DNA of 64,000 bases, taken from NCBI RefSeq assembly GCF_009914755.1, contig NC_060934.1; one strand, given 5' to 3'. Under the pieces are notes generated by a model. It saw only the letters and a list, made by a program, of their open reading frames with translations. It was not told the DNA's origin and ran no database searches. The stretch comes from the human T2T-CHM13v2.0 reference genome, Homo sapiens. Below, in pieces: positions 50,885-64,000 of this stretch. The translations under genes were made by a program, and so were the position numbers. The first letter of the stretch is position 1. Each line of letters starts with the position of its first letter.

Positions 50885-52038
50885 TAGGATAGTTTTTTTG
50901 TTCAGATATGAAATAATAATAAGCCTGTATATTCTTTATGTCAGTATTTTAAGATAAACCTACTATTTCTGTAACTTTCACATTTATATTTTCAACTTCT
51001 TTTGAATTTGTGTATTTTATAATGGATTGTTTTTAAATAAGATTACCACAATAAAAATAGAAATGAGAGTGTTGACTATCTTTTCCTTTTTTCTTTAAAT
51101 AGTAAATTTTGCTTATGGTCACTCTAGGAAATTTTGTGTTTTCCATTTAACTAGTTGATTGAATTAAAAATAAGACCTGGGAATCACCTCAGAAGAAGGT
51201 GTACATCCTATTCTGATTTTGATTCTAAGTATCAAACCCACACAATTTGAAAAGAGCCATTGTTATTGAACCTGTAGAGGTTTCTGATGACTGTAGAATT
51301 GAAACCATAGAATTGAATTGAAAGCACAATTACTTATTCTTCTTGGAATTTTCTACTTTTTTTGTATTATAAGCTGGCAGGTGTTGATTAGTCTTTCAAA
51401 TTTTAGCAAAGTTAAACATATTAATGTAGTATTTATGAGGGCTTCAAGTACATTACCCATAGTAGTTCCAGTCTGTTTCTTCATTTGTCCTTGATTGCAG
51501 AAAAATTTTAGAGACCTGTAAAGTTCTCTAAAACACAGTAAATTTCATAATACCCTGGGAGAATGGCTGTAACAGAATGGATTCATGTGCAGAATCTAAA
51601 CATGTTGCACTCCTTATTCCAAAACCCTAAATAATTATCATGATAATCTCTTGACACAGAGCATATTTATTTATCTGTTAATTGATGGTTATAATATGGT
51701 TTTTCTAATTTGTAATATAAATAATTTTGGTTTTCCCAAGTTAATTCAAAAAATGATTCTATTCATCTGTATTTCTGTAAAGTAGAATTCAGTATATTTT
51801 CCTGTCTGTCTGTGGAAAGGGAATGTGATCTTGATAAATGAATTAGCTGTGGTTTTTTGACTTTTTCCATCCCCCACTCTACTCCACTCCCAAGGAAAGA
51901 GGAGAGAGAAGTCAATGTGCAGGGGGTGAGGGAAAGCACCACATTTGCAGATAGAATCTTGTATCGTAATTAATGAAAGGCAGAAGTGGAAGGATAGAAG
52001 AGAAGAGGTATAAGAAAGAGAATAAGAATGTGAAAGTT

Positions 52039-52342
<304 letters not shown>

Positions 52343-52774
52343 GAATGTGAAAGTCTACTTGGGCCACTTGGTATCTTCAAAAAAGCACACAGGCATAGGC
52401 ATCATTCTAAGACCTAATTGCATTTAGCTTTGCTATCTAAAGTGAATTATGAGCCTCTTGGTTTTAGATTTTTATGGATTTGCAGTCTGGCATTTGGTAA
52501 CTCTTACACTGATATTTCAAGTACTCTGTTTTTCTAGTTCAATCTGTGTCCTTATTTTAGCACATAAACCAGCACTCTGTTAGAAACATTAGTTGATGTT
52601 AGCAGTTCTTTATTCTAAAATAGCTGGCTGACAGTTAACTTGTTACCCTTTTTCGTTTTGGCTTTATTATGGTTGGGCTATATATTTAAGAATTCAGTTT
52701 CTAAGAAACTAGTTTTTTACTTTTTATTCTAAGATAAATTTTAAATTATTGTTACCCATCTATATGTGTTTCAG

Positions 52775-52961
52775 GGTCTCCTTTTGTGAATGCAATTATC
52801 CACAAAGGCTTTGATGAAAGGCATGCGTACATAGGTGGTATGTTTGGAGCTGGCATTTATTTTGCTGAAAACTCTTCCAAAAGCAATCAATATGTATATG
52901 GAATTGGAGGAGGTACTGGGTGTCCAGTTCACAAAGACAGATCTTGTTACATTTGCCACAG
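52775..52961 (+). CDS. TNKS2: TNKS2 exon 25 (187 nt; D-loop, Tyr1060, CHCC Zn motif)
   Basis: ttcag|GGTCT...CACAG|gtaag; [40 protein letters not shown]...[13 protein letters not shown]. Confidence 0.97.
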
Positions 52962-53649
52962 GTAAGAGATCACTTGTTCTCATTTATTTTGGTGGTAATC
53001 AGATAAGAACTAGTTGCATTTTTGAGGGCAAAGCATTATGTTGGACAGTCTTAGGAATGCAAGCTAGGCATGTTTTAGATTGCTTTTGGCCCTCTCACCA
53101 ATTGTAATAATAGCTAATATTTATTAAATGATCCGTATGGGCCAATTATAATTTAAGCACTTGACCTGTTTGGCTAATTTAATCATTAGAATATCTGGTG
53201 CCTTAAAGCATACTGAGTAGAAAGTAACATTAGGCATGAAAGAGGCTTTATTGTAGCCCTTGAGTATTGTAGGACTCTGTGGACTCTAAAAATCTAGTAT
53301 TCAAATGCTAAAATGGCATTATTTGTCAAATCTAATTATTTGATGGCAGTGCCTGAGCCTCTCTTCCACTGTGATACGATCCTAATCCTCAATTTGCAAT
53401 ATTACTATAAGAACTTGAAATTAAAACATTGATCCTTTTTGAAAGGAAATAATAATCAAATAACTACTTTGCACTTTTTTTTTCCACTTTTAATTACCTG
53501 TTCTAACTCACTTGTTAAAAATCATTTAAGTAACTTGTCCCTAACTTATAAAATCCTTATAGGCAAAAAGTAATGCCACTTGAAAAATCCAGTAAGATTA
53601 ATTCCTGAGATTTATTCGACAGTTAGGGCACTGCTTATTGAATATACAG

Positions 53650-54022
53650 AGCAGTAGTTTATCAAGCATTAGCATGCATTAGAGTCACCTAGATGGCTTG
53701 TTTAAATCACAGATTCTTAGGCTCCACCTTCTCAGTTGCTGATTTAGTAGATCTGGGATGAGACTCTAGAATTTGAGTTTCTACCAAGTTCCCAGATGTG
53801 ACACTGTATTTCTGACCACTGATCTAGAAAAAAACCCCTAGAGCAGTACTTTGCACTTTGGCAGCACATTGGAATCACCCAGGGAATATTAAAAAACTAT
53901 TAATGCCTGTGTCCCACCCTCACAGAATCTCTTTTAATTGGTCTGGGGCATGATCTGGATATTAGAATTTTTAAAAGCTTCCCAGTTGATTTCAAAGGGC
54001 TTCCGAGCTGAAGAATTGCAGT
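53650..54022. mobile_element. Two MER5-type fragments
   Basis: gcattagagtcacct... and gcacattggaatcaccc...ttttaaaagcttccc motifs. Confidence 0.65.
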
Positions 54023-55231
54023 CATGGAGGGAAACAGGTTCTTTCTTTGTGTTTGTTTTGTTCTTACTGTTACCCCTCTAAATTTAGGCCTGCATAGGTA
54101 GTACACAGTAGGCCCTCCTATGTATGACGTCCCACTCACTTCTATTTTAGATCATAAATTGGAGTGGTTAGGAGGCATGTAATTTCCTGTAAATTGAACA
54201 CTGCTGTTTTTATTTGTCATATATGGTCTGAAGGCTAAATAGTTCTGATTATTAGTAATAAGCAGCATTCTAATACCTCCCTCTTCTTTGGAAGATAGAA
54301 CCATCAACTGGTCTACAGAAATCTCCTGTTATCTTCTAAAAAGAAACAATGACGTTAATACTAAAAGGTTGTTTGAAACTAAGAAAGGCTAGTCACATGC
54401 CTGAGAGGAGTGAGAGGGTAATCTACTGAAACTGGTGGTGAGGGGAGACTACCAGTTTACTTCCTATCTAAGGAAGTAACATTTCAGCTGAAGTCTGAAA
54501 ATTGAGTGGGTATCAGCCAGTGGAAGAGTGGTAAAATAGATAACATTCCAATGGTGGAGAAAATTCTGTGGATGGGGACCATTAATAAAGCAAGTTTGGC
54601 CTTTGTGAAGAAAAGAAAACTAATGTGCATGGGGCATAATGAACATAAAATGAGATTCAAGAAATTGGAGCCATTGTACAGAATTTGGATTTTCTCCCAA
54701 GTACAGTGACAGCCTCTAAAAGGTTTTAAGCAGAAAAGTGACTTGATCTAATTTTTGTTTGTTTTAATTAGTTGGATGGGAAAGGTTTGGACAGGAATTA
54801 CAGAAGAAACAGGAAGACTGGTTTAGAAAGCCATTGTGTGATAGTCCAGGTGAATATTTCAGTGATTTGACTTAATAGTGACAGTAGAATTAAGAAAAGT
54901 AAATGGATTTCAAATATATTTTGAAGGTAAAATCAACTGGAGTTAATTAGATATGTGTCCAACTTTGCAAGCCACTTAATGGAAGTCCACTAAACCTTCT
55001 CCTTCCCACTTGGCCAGTGACTTTTGTTTTTTGCTGAGATACAAACAAGGTGGTAGAGTCTGTATCTCTATAAGGTTATTACATTTTTCAGATTTTATAG
55101 TTAAAATAAGGACTAACTAAATTGACAAATTATTTCATTAATAAGAGTAATAGAAGACATTCTTAAAAAGTTCTTTTAGGGGTGAAATGATAAAAACAAT
55201 TATAAGTATTTATGTATAAATAATTTTTTAA

Positions 55232-55474
<243 letters not shown>

Positions 55475-56249
55475 TAGTTTTATTTGTTCATCTTCAAAAA
55501 TGCTAGGGAGGCATACTTTAACTTTTTATTAATCTCTTGAATTGACAAGACATATTGCCTTAACTGGATTTTTTAAAAATTTTATTTGGAGATAATTTCA
55601 GATTTGGAAAGTTACAAAAATAGTAAAGAGAATTTTCTTATAACCTTTACCTAGATTTCCTAAATGTTAATATTTTGTTCTCTTTTTTACTCTTACCATT
55701 CTCTCCTTCTTTCCTTGTGTGTGTACCTATTTTTTTGTGAACTGTTTGAGAGTAAGTTGCAGGGCATGTCCCTTTACCATTAACTATTTCAATTGTAAAT
55801 TTCCTAAAAACAAGAAGATTTTATTCAAATTTCGCCAGTCGTTCCGGATTTTTCTTAGCTCTTATAAATAATTGAAATATTGTATTTAACAGCCTGTCCA
55901 TAGCAAAGAAGTATATAACTGTGTTTTGCTCTCAGTGAGAGCCAAAAGTAGTTCTAGAGCAGTGTTGTGAACTGGGAGTAGGTATCGGAATCACCGCAGT
56001 TACTAAAATCAGACATGATTTTAGTCTTATCTGATACTTATGAACTTAGTATTCATCTTAGACTTGCTGATTGAAAATCTGAAGAACTGTACTCAGGGTA
56101 AAGATGTTTTGAGAAAATGTCCCTAGATGATTCTGATCTACAACAGTAATTTAGAACCTCCTCCCTAAGATTAGGAATACTTCCGGAAAGTCTGTTTATC
56201 TTTCAAGAAAATTTTTGTACCATTATTTGAATTTATCTTTCTCTTCCAG

Positions 56250-56312
56250 GCTTATCCTGAGTATTTAATTACTTACCAGATTATGAGGCCTGAAGGTATG
56301 GTCGATGGATAA
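56250..56312 (+). CDS. TNKS2: TNKS2 exon 27 coding part, TAA stop
   Basis: tccag|GCTTAT...GGATAA; AYPEYLITYQIMRPEGMVDG*. Confidence 0.97.
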   Translation, partial: AYPEYLITYQIMRPEGMVDG

Positions 56313-58790
56313 ATAGTTATTTTAAGAAACTAATTCCACTGAACCTAAAATCATCAAAGCAGCAGTGGCCTCTACGTTTTACTCCTTTGCTGAAAAAAAA
56401 TCATCTTGCCCACAGGCCTGTGGCAAAAGGATAAAAATGTGAACGAAGTTTAACATTCTGACTTGATAAAGCTTTAATAATGTACAGTGTTTTCTAAATA
56501 TTTCCTGTTTTTTCAGCACTTTAACAGATGCCATTCCAGGTTAAACTGGGTTGTCTGTACTAAATTATAAACAGAGTTAACTTGAACCTTTTATATGTTA
56601 TGCATTGATTCTAACAAACTGTAATGCCCTCAACAGAACTAATTTTACTAATACAATACTGTGTTCTTTAAAACACAGCATTTACACTGAATACAATTTC
56701 ATTTGTAAAACTGTAAATAAGAGCTTTTGTACTAGCCCAGTATTTATTTACATTGCTTTGTAATATAAATCTGTTTTAGAACTGCAGCGGTTTACAAAAT
56801 TTTTTCATATGTATTGTTCATCTATACTTCATCTTACATCGTCATGATTGAGTGATCTTTACATTTGATTCCAGAGGCTATGTTCAGTTGTTAGTTGGGA
56901 AAGATTGAGTTATCAGATTTAATTTGCCGATGGGAGCCTTTATCTGTCATTAGAAATCTTTCTCATTTAAGAACTTATGAATATGCTGAAGATTTAATTT
57001 GTGATACCTTTGTATGTATGAGACACATTCCAAAGAGCTCTAACTATGATAGGTCCTGATTACTAAAGAAGCTTCTTTACTGGCCTCAATTTCTAGCTTT
57101 CATGTTGGAAAATTTTCTGCAGTCCTTCTGTGAAAATTAGAGCAAAGTGCTCCTGTTTTTTAGAGAAACTAAATCTTGCTGTTGAACAATTATTGTGTTC
57201 TTTTCATGGAACATAAGTAGGATGTTACATTTCCAGGGTGGGAAGGGTAATCCTAAATCATTTCCCAATCTATTCTAATTACCTTAAATCTAAAGGGGAA
57301 AAAAAAAATCACAAACAGGACTGGGTAGTTTTTTATCCTAAGTATATTTTTTCCTGTTCTTTTTACTTGGTTTTATTGCTGTATTTATAGCCAATCTATA
57401 CATCATGGGTAAACTTAACCCAGAACTATAAAATGTAGTTGTCTCAGTCCCCTCCAGGCCTCCTGAATGGGCAAGTGCAGTGAAACAGGTGCTTCTTGCT
57501 CCTGGGTTTTCTCTCCATGATGTTATGCCCAATTGGAAATATGCTGTCAGTTTGTGCACCATATGGTGACCAGGCCTGTGCTCAGTTTGGCAGCTATAGA
57601 AGGAAATGCTGTCCCATAAAATGCCATTCCTATTTTCTAATATAAAACTCTTTTCCAGGAAGCATGCTTAAGCATCTTGTTACAGAGACATACATCCATT
57701 ATGGCTTGGCAATCTCTTTTATTTGTTGACTCTAGCTCCCTTCAAAGTCGAGGAAAGATCTTTACTCACTTAATGAGGACATTCCCCATCACTGTCTGTA
57801 CCAGTTCACCTTTATTTTACGTTTTATTCAGTCTGTAAATTAACTGGCCCTTTGCAGTAACTTGTACATAAAGTGCTAGAAAATCATGTTCCTTGTCCTG
57901 AGTAAGAGTTAATCAGAGTAAATGCATTTCTGGAGTTGTTTCTGTGATGTAAATTATGATCATTATTTAAGAAGTCAAATCCTGATCTTGAAGTGCTTTT
58001 TATACAGCTCTCTAATAATTACAAATATCCGAAAGTCATTTCTTGGAACACAAGTGGAGTATGCCAAATTTTATATGAATTTTTCAGATTATCTAAGCTT
58101 CCAGGTTTTATAATTAGAAGATAATGAGAGAATTAATGGGGTTTATATTTACATTATCTCTCAACTATGTAGCCCATATTACTCACCCTATGAGTGAATC
58201 TGGAATTGCTTTTCATGTGAAATCATTATGGTCTATGAGTTTACAATACTGCAAACTGTGTTATTTTATCTAATCCATTGCTTAATGAGTGTGTTTTTCC
58301 ATGAATGAATATACCGTGGTTCATATGTTAGCATGGCAGCATTTTCAGATAGCTTTTTGTTTGTTGGGAAGTTGGGGTTTTGGGGGGAGGGGGAGTATTA
58401 GTACGTTGCATGAAATAGCTTACTTTATAATGATGGAATTGCTTTTTCTTTTGTCTTGTGATTTTTTTTTTTGAAGTGAAATTTAACTTTTTGTGCAAGT
58501 AGTACTATTATACCCATCTTCAGTGTCTTACTTGTACTGTATCACATTCCATACCCTCATTTAATTCTTAATAAAACTGTTCACTTGTTTTTCTGGGTAG
58601 CATGGTAATTACTGGAATAGTATAAATGTGTTGAATGGTCTTTGAGAAAATGAATTAAGATTACAATAAACCACAATTGCAGGAAAACAATGTAGTTCTG
58701 AGTCTAATAGTGATAAAGAATGCAGTTTGAAGTTTGAAATATTGAATATTGTAGCTGTACTTGCTCATTAAAATGAAAGTAGCTGTGAGA
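56313..58790 (+). other. TNKS2: TNKS2 3'UTR (~2.4 kb; end approximate)
   Basis: Repeat-free AU-rich stretch from the stop codon to the clustered poly(A) signals. Confidence 0.85.
58570..58772 (+). terminator. Poly(A) signal cluster: AATAAA 58570-58575, AATAAA 58665-58670, ATTAAA 58767-58772
   Basis: Three hexamers about 100 nt apart at the UTR end; the first has a GU/U-rich downstream tract. Confidence 0.75.
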
Positions 58791-61700
58791 TGCTTTCAAC
58801 ATTTAGTCTATTCAGCACAACTGGTAAACCTTAAAGCTCATTCCTGGGAAATTAATCTTCTTAACTTATAAAAAGGAATATATTTTTATTTCTGTGTCAT
58901 ATGAAAACATTCTTAATAAGTTTCCAAATCTCAAAGTTAGTGGTATTTATTGCTATTAAAAGAAAGAGTAATCGCATATGTATATTAGACTTCAGTATGT
59001 TAAGTTTCCTTGTGTGTGAGCAATTCCCTGATTTCCATAATAAGAGAATGATGGTGCAAATAATTCTTAAGTCTTTTGGCTTTGAAATACATTTCAGCAG
59101 CTCTGTGTTCCTGCTTCATTTAGGGTAATATGGAAGTATTTGCTGCTATTTCAAGTATGCATGCCAGTCTCGGGTGTTTATTGTGATCCAGTTGTTTGCA
59201 GGTTGATGAGGCAAGAAAGCATGCAGATTTCCCAGAGCTCTTATAGTCAGTACTCCTGACTGTGCCTTTACCTGCTGTCCTATTACAGGACTAGAGTGAC
59301 AAAGGAAGCAAGTAGTGGTGGTACTCATTTTTCACCAGGAGAACTGTCAGACTTCTATAAAATTAAATTGTAATATGCCTTTCCCTGTCTCCTGTGTCTC
59401 CACACCTCCTGCCCTTTTGTGCTGACTAGTTTAGACAGGCTATGACCTAAAATACTTAATTACTGCTCTTCACATAAAGCCATTATTATTAGAAGTGATG
59501 TCTCCACCTTGTCACCCACCCACAGCTGTCATTTCCGTAACACAAATATATACAGAGCCCCTCAAAGCAGTATGCCCACATACTACAAAGCAGCACTATA
59601 CAAAGGTGTGATCTGCCGATGGGATTGGTCTGCGAACTGATATTGTTACCAGCCCATGGAGATATGAATACAAAAAGTAAGGGTAAACTTTTAAAAACTT
59701 TTATAGCAAGACATTGCTGTAATTTATTTTTCTTATTTTTAATTGAAATATTGGCCTGCAATGGATTGGAAACTTAGAAAGAAACTGATCCTTCACAGAT
59801 AATTTGAAAGGTTTCACATCTGCTTTGTATACCAGTAGACTTAGCACCTAGCATATCTGGCACATAGGGTTCCTCAGTAAATTTTTCGTTGGGTGAATAA
59901 ATAGTGATTAAGTGATTGGGCTGTAAGGTCAGATGTATATGGATTTTAATTTTTATTCTACCCCTCACCATCGTTGTGATCTTGAACAAATTATGTACCT
60001 TTTAAGATTTTTATAACACTTTATAAGGTTGTAGAAAGTAATAAATGATTTTCTGTCTGTGCTACTAAGCATTGTACTTGCCAGTAACTGGTTATTATAA
60101 TTAATATTTCCCTGAATATTCCAGAATTAATGGCTTGAGTTTTCCCACTTGTCACGGAAACATAGAGCATAGAATTTTAAAACTGCAAGATGTATTAGCC
60201 ACTAATTCCTTTATTCTAATGAAATCTTAAGAAGCTCAAAATATAAAGTATATAAATCCCTAACCCACAGGAATCTGTTTTAAAATTACTGATATGAGCA
60301 CACAGACAGACATACCCATAATCCAGTCTGCATCATATTTGTCTAGAAAAAAGCCTCACTCAGATGAACTCATCAAAAATCCAAAACAGTGTATTGTAAG
60401 CACAAATCAGTAGAGACAATCTTGGAGGATTAGCACCTCCCACAAAGTAGTGAAGTAAATATTGTTTAAAATGATTGGGTTGAGGGTGGGAATAAAAGAA
60501 ATCATTAAAACCATTAAGATGACGCTGTGAAGAAGGCAAAGTCTTCGAAAAAGTAAGTCTTTAGAACTATATGTAATTAGAAATTAAAAACTCAAACAGA
60601 TTACAGACTGGGCATATCTGAAGATAGAATTGGGGAACTAGAAGATACAGTGGAAAACACAGATTGTAGCACAGAGAGAAGAGATGGGAAATACAGAGGG
60701 CTAGGAGACAGAATAGAATGAGGAGATACAACATAAAGAATAGGGGAGGGAAGAGACTTGAAAAATACCCAAGAATTCATAGAGAATATGAATCTTTAAA
60801 GAAGCAGCAGCTTAAGAAACACCTAGGAGGATGAATAAAAGCAAGTCTGCTACTAGACATAGTGAAACTGCAGAGCATCAAAAGACAAGAAAAAAAATAC
60901 TTACTAGAAAAGACAAAGGATTAATACACTGACAGCAGATCAGTGGCAGCAACAGAAGCCAGAAGACAAAATAACTTAGAAGTGCTGAGGAAACTACTGT
61001 TAGCCTAGAATTCTATACACAGATAAGCTAGTACTTAAAAAAGAGGATGAAAAATGCATCTGCTCTTTTGCTGAGAGATCTAGTAGATTGTTCTTTAGCA
61101 AAGAAAGCAGTTGAATCCAAAAGAGCAGGATGCAAGAAGCATAGTGCACAAAGAAATCGGCAAACATGTCAGTAAAAAGGCTGAAATAATATAACTGATA
61201 AGGAATAATATTCAAGACCAATCTGTATGATTTGCTACTATTTGTATACGTAGGAAAAAGTACAACATGCATTTGCTTGTTTATGAATAAAATTCCTTCA
61301 GGATACACGTGAACTGTTGGAAGGAAACCTCAGTGCCACTGGGATCAGATGTGAAAGACTAAACTGTATATCCTTTTATTCCTTTTGAATTTTATAACAG
61401 GACTATTTAAAGCACTATAATAAGCATTGTCTGCAATACACAAGTAATAGATTTGAGATTTTTAAAACAAGGTGGAATGAAAGTACTAGTTGACAATAGT
61501 ATGGGAAATAGAAGCTTTAAGATGCTGATGAAATTTAGACTTTAAGTCAAGTATGCATATTAAATTTTCAAAGATAATCACTAAAAGAGTAGAAATCGAA
61601 GTGTAAAGATTGAAGAAAGGTAATACAAATGAACCAGTCGAATAAAAATAAGAATAACAGGTGACTCGTGCACTTTTTTCCCCCAAAAATATGTCAAAGA

Positions 61701-62102
61701 ATCAGGTGAACAGGAAATATCTGTAAAAGGTTAAGAGTATCCTGGACGCACCTGAAGAAGAAAAATAAAGCAGGAGAACCAGAGATGAAGAATAGAATTA
61801 ATGCTGTCGTAACTGAGATAGTGTGATATTGATATAGGTGTAGAGTCTTTGACCAGTTGAACAGAGTTTATAAGGGCTTTTTATATACCAGAGTAGCACT
61901 ATAGATCCTGAGGAAAGGAGGAACTATTCAATAAATTGTAATGGGACAGCTGGTAATCCACATGGAAAAATACATATCTGGATATATACACAAAAATAAA
62001 TTTCACATAGATTTTATATAGGACATATGTGAATAGCAAAATATTTTAAAGGTTTAAAAGAAAATATAAGAAACTGTTAATGACTTTGAGATAAGGAAGA
62101 AC

Positions 62103-62208
62103 TTTTTTTTCTTTTTTTGAGACGGAGTCTCGCTCTGTCGCCCAGGCTGGAGTGTAGTGACGCGATCTCGGCTCACTGCAAGCTCCACCTCCTAGGTTCA
62201 CGCCATTC
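62103..62208 (-). mobile_element. 5'-truncated AluY
   Basis: TSD gga(a/g)gaactttt. Confidence 0.85.
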
Positions 62209-62962
62209 AAGGAGGAACTTTTTAAGTGACCTTCAAACAACACTGACCCTAAAAGGTTGGTAAATTTGACTGTATTAAGTTTAAAAGCATCTGTTAATCC
62301 AAAGGCCACTAAGAAGAAAGTAAAGAGACAAGTCATAAAGTGTGAGAAAATATTTGCAGCACATAAAGGGCAAATAATTTATATTCAGGATATACTAAAA
62401 ACTACAAGAAAAAAATGAAAAACGCGGGGCGGGGGGCGCGTGTGAACAAGCGTTTCTCAAAATGGGAAACTCAATAAACATCAAAAAACGCTTAGCCTCA
62501 TTAGTAATCAAGGAAATTCAAACTAGGTACCATAAGGTACCATTTTATACCTGCCAGAACTGACAAAAGTAAAAAACTTAGCAATGCAGGTGTTCGGATC
62601 TGGATCCCATACATTGCTGTTGGTGTGAGTGCTTTTGAAATCCATTTGGCATTACTGGTAAAATGAGAAATTCCTCCGACATCTAGGTGTGGAGAGAAAC
62701 CCTTGCTCAGCGGCTTCACGAGTCATACGAAGGAACACAACACTGATCACAATGTTTATATAATGACTATCTTCTCTTTCCACTCTTCACAGTTCTCCAG
62801 CCTCCTTTTTGCCCCAGAAATCTAATCTTGATGGGCTACATGGACAGATTCCCTGTTCTCTGGCTTTCCCCTTTTAACCCAAGGGGAGTATCAGCCGGAT
62901 GTTGGAGGGTGATTAGGAAGAGAGTGAAATTCAAACATCTATTTCCCAGCTCCCATCCTGAT

Positions 62963-63171
62963 CAGTCTCAGGACAACCTTGGCACTATTGACGTTTTGGG
63001 AAGATAATTACTTGTTGGGGCTATTCTGTGCATTGTCGGATGTTTAGTGGCATCACTGATCTCTAATCACTAAATGCAAATAGTACAGCTGCCCCTTGTG
63101 ACAACCAAAAGTATCCCAGACATTGCCAAATGTCCCCTGGAGGACAAAATCGCCCTGGGTGAGAATCCCTG
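62963..63171. mobile_element. MER20 (hAT-Charlie)
   Basis: ggcactattgac...cagacattgccaaatgtcccctgg. Confidence 0.8.
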
Positions 63172-63933
63172 GGTTAGCTGTCCCCTTCACTAAAAGGTCA
63201 CCCCTCCTTACAGAGTGGCCTTCCTTCTTACACAACTTTGGAGGTAAAAGCAGTCAATGTAAAAACTAGCGATTTAAGGGAATAAAATAGGTAAGGTAAT
63301 CAAGAAAAATCAGAAATCTACAATATAAAAAAGTTTTGATAGAGAAGTAGCCACAAATACAAAGAAAAATGTTTAAAAATTTTAAAGACCGCTTTGCTCA
63401 ACTCCATACAAATAAATTTGGGAACTGAGATAACACCTAGGGTAATATTCTAGTAAAACACAAATGACTAAAACTAACCCAAGAAAAGAGAGCAAGTCTA
63501 AACAAACCAGATGCCAAAAAAGAAAGAAAGAATTCTGTCAAAGAGCTATCCCCAAACAATTCCCAGACCCAGGGAGTTTCATGGTAGAGTCTTACAAAAC
63601 ATTAAGGAATAGATAACTCCAATGTTATTTAAACTGTTCTAAGAGTGTAGACAGTTTCCAATTTTTTAATAAATACATATAGAATTAATATCAAGCTTCA
63701 ACAAGGTGAGAGAAAAAGGAGTGGACATTAATGCACAAAATGTTAATTGCAAGCAAAATCTAGCACAACATTAACAGAATAATACCAGTAGGAATATAGA
63801 TAAACTGCAAATGGATATGAGTGAGCTTTCGGGTGATGGAAATGTTAAAGCTGTTTTTTAAAACTAATACATAATGACCAGTTGGACTTTATACCAAAAA
63901 TGCAAGGCTGGTTCACCCCTAGAAAATAATATA

Positions 63934-64000
63934 GGCCGGGCACAGCGACTCACGCCTGTAATCCCAGCACTTTGGGAGGCTGAGGTGGGTGGACCACAAG
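63934..64000 (+). mobile_element. Alu 5' end (runs off window)
   Basis: ggccgggcac...cctgtaatcccagcactttgggagg. Confidence 0.9.

Larger units (their letters stand above)
60480..63930 (+). mobile_element. Degraded L1M fragments (ORF1- and ORF2-like pieces) downstream of the gene
   Basis: gaagatagaattggggaactagaagata, gcctagaattctatac, ccagacccagggagtttcatggtaga. Confidence 0.6.

Overview
Human (hominid) genomic DNA covering most of TNKS2 (tankyrase-2, PARP5B) on the + strand. Exon 1 lies upstream of the window. I traced exons 2-27 by hand through GT-AG junctions: 3302 coding nt in one continuous frame. With the missing 199-nt first coding exon this gives the known 1166-aa protein (ankyrin repeat clusters, Ser-rich linker, SAM domain, PARP domain with the H-Y-E triad and CHCC Zn motif). 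The stop codon is at 56310-56312, followed by a ~2.4-kb 3'UTR with several poly(A) signals. Intron 1 carries an antisense processed copy of SRP9 (SRP9P1) whose 86-aa ORF is intact. The introns hold about 33 Alu copies or fragments plus Tigger, MER, MLT1, L2, L3, MIR and old L1 fragments; repeat boundaries and subfamilies are by eye and approximate. Almost all other ORFs in the supplied track are Alu or AT-rich noise. I see no wholly new biological system. The best leads are: (1) the intact, CpG-rich SRP9 retrocopy with a strong splice acceptor just upstream of its ATG; (2) a candidate poison exon with a four-fold tandem NAG acceptor just upstream of exon 2; (3) a locally copied inverted Alu arm with a templated junction in intron 7; (4) a GATA/E-box cluster in intron 13; (5) frame-preserving circRNA and exon-skipping geometries.
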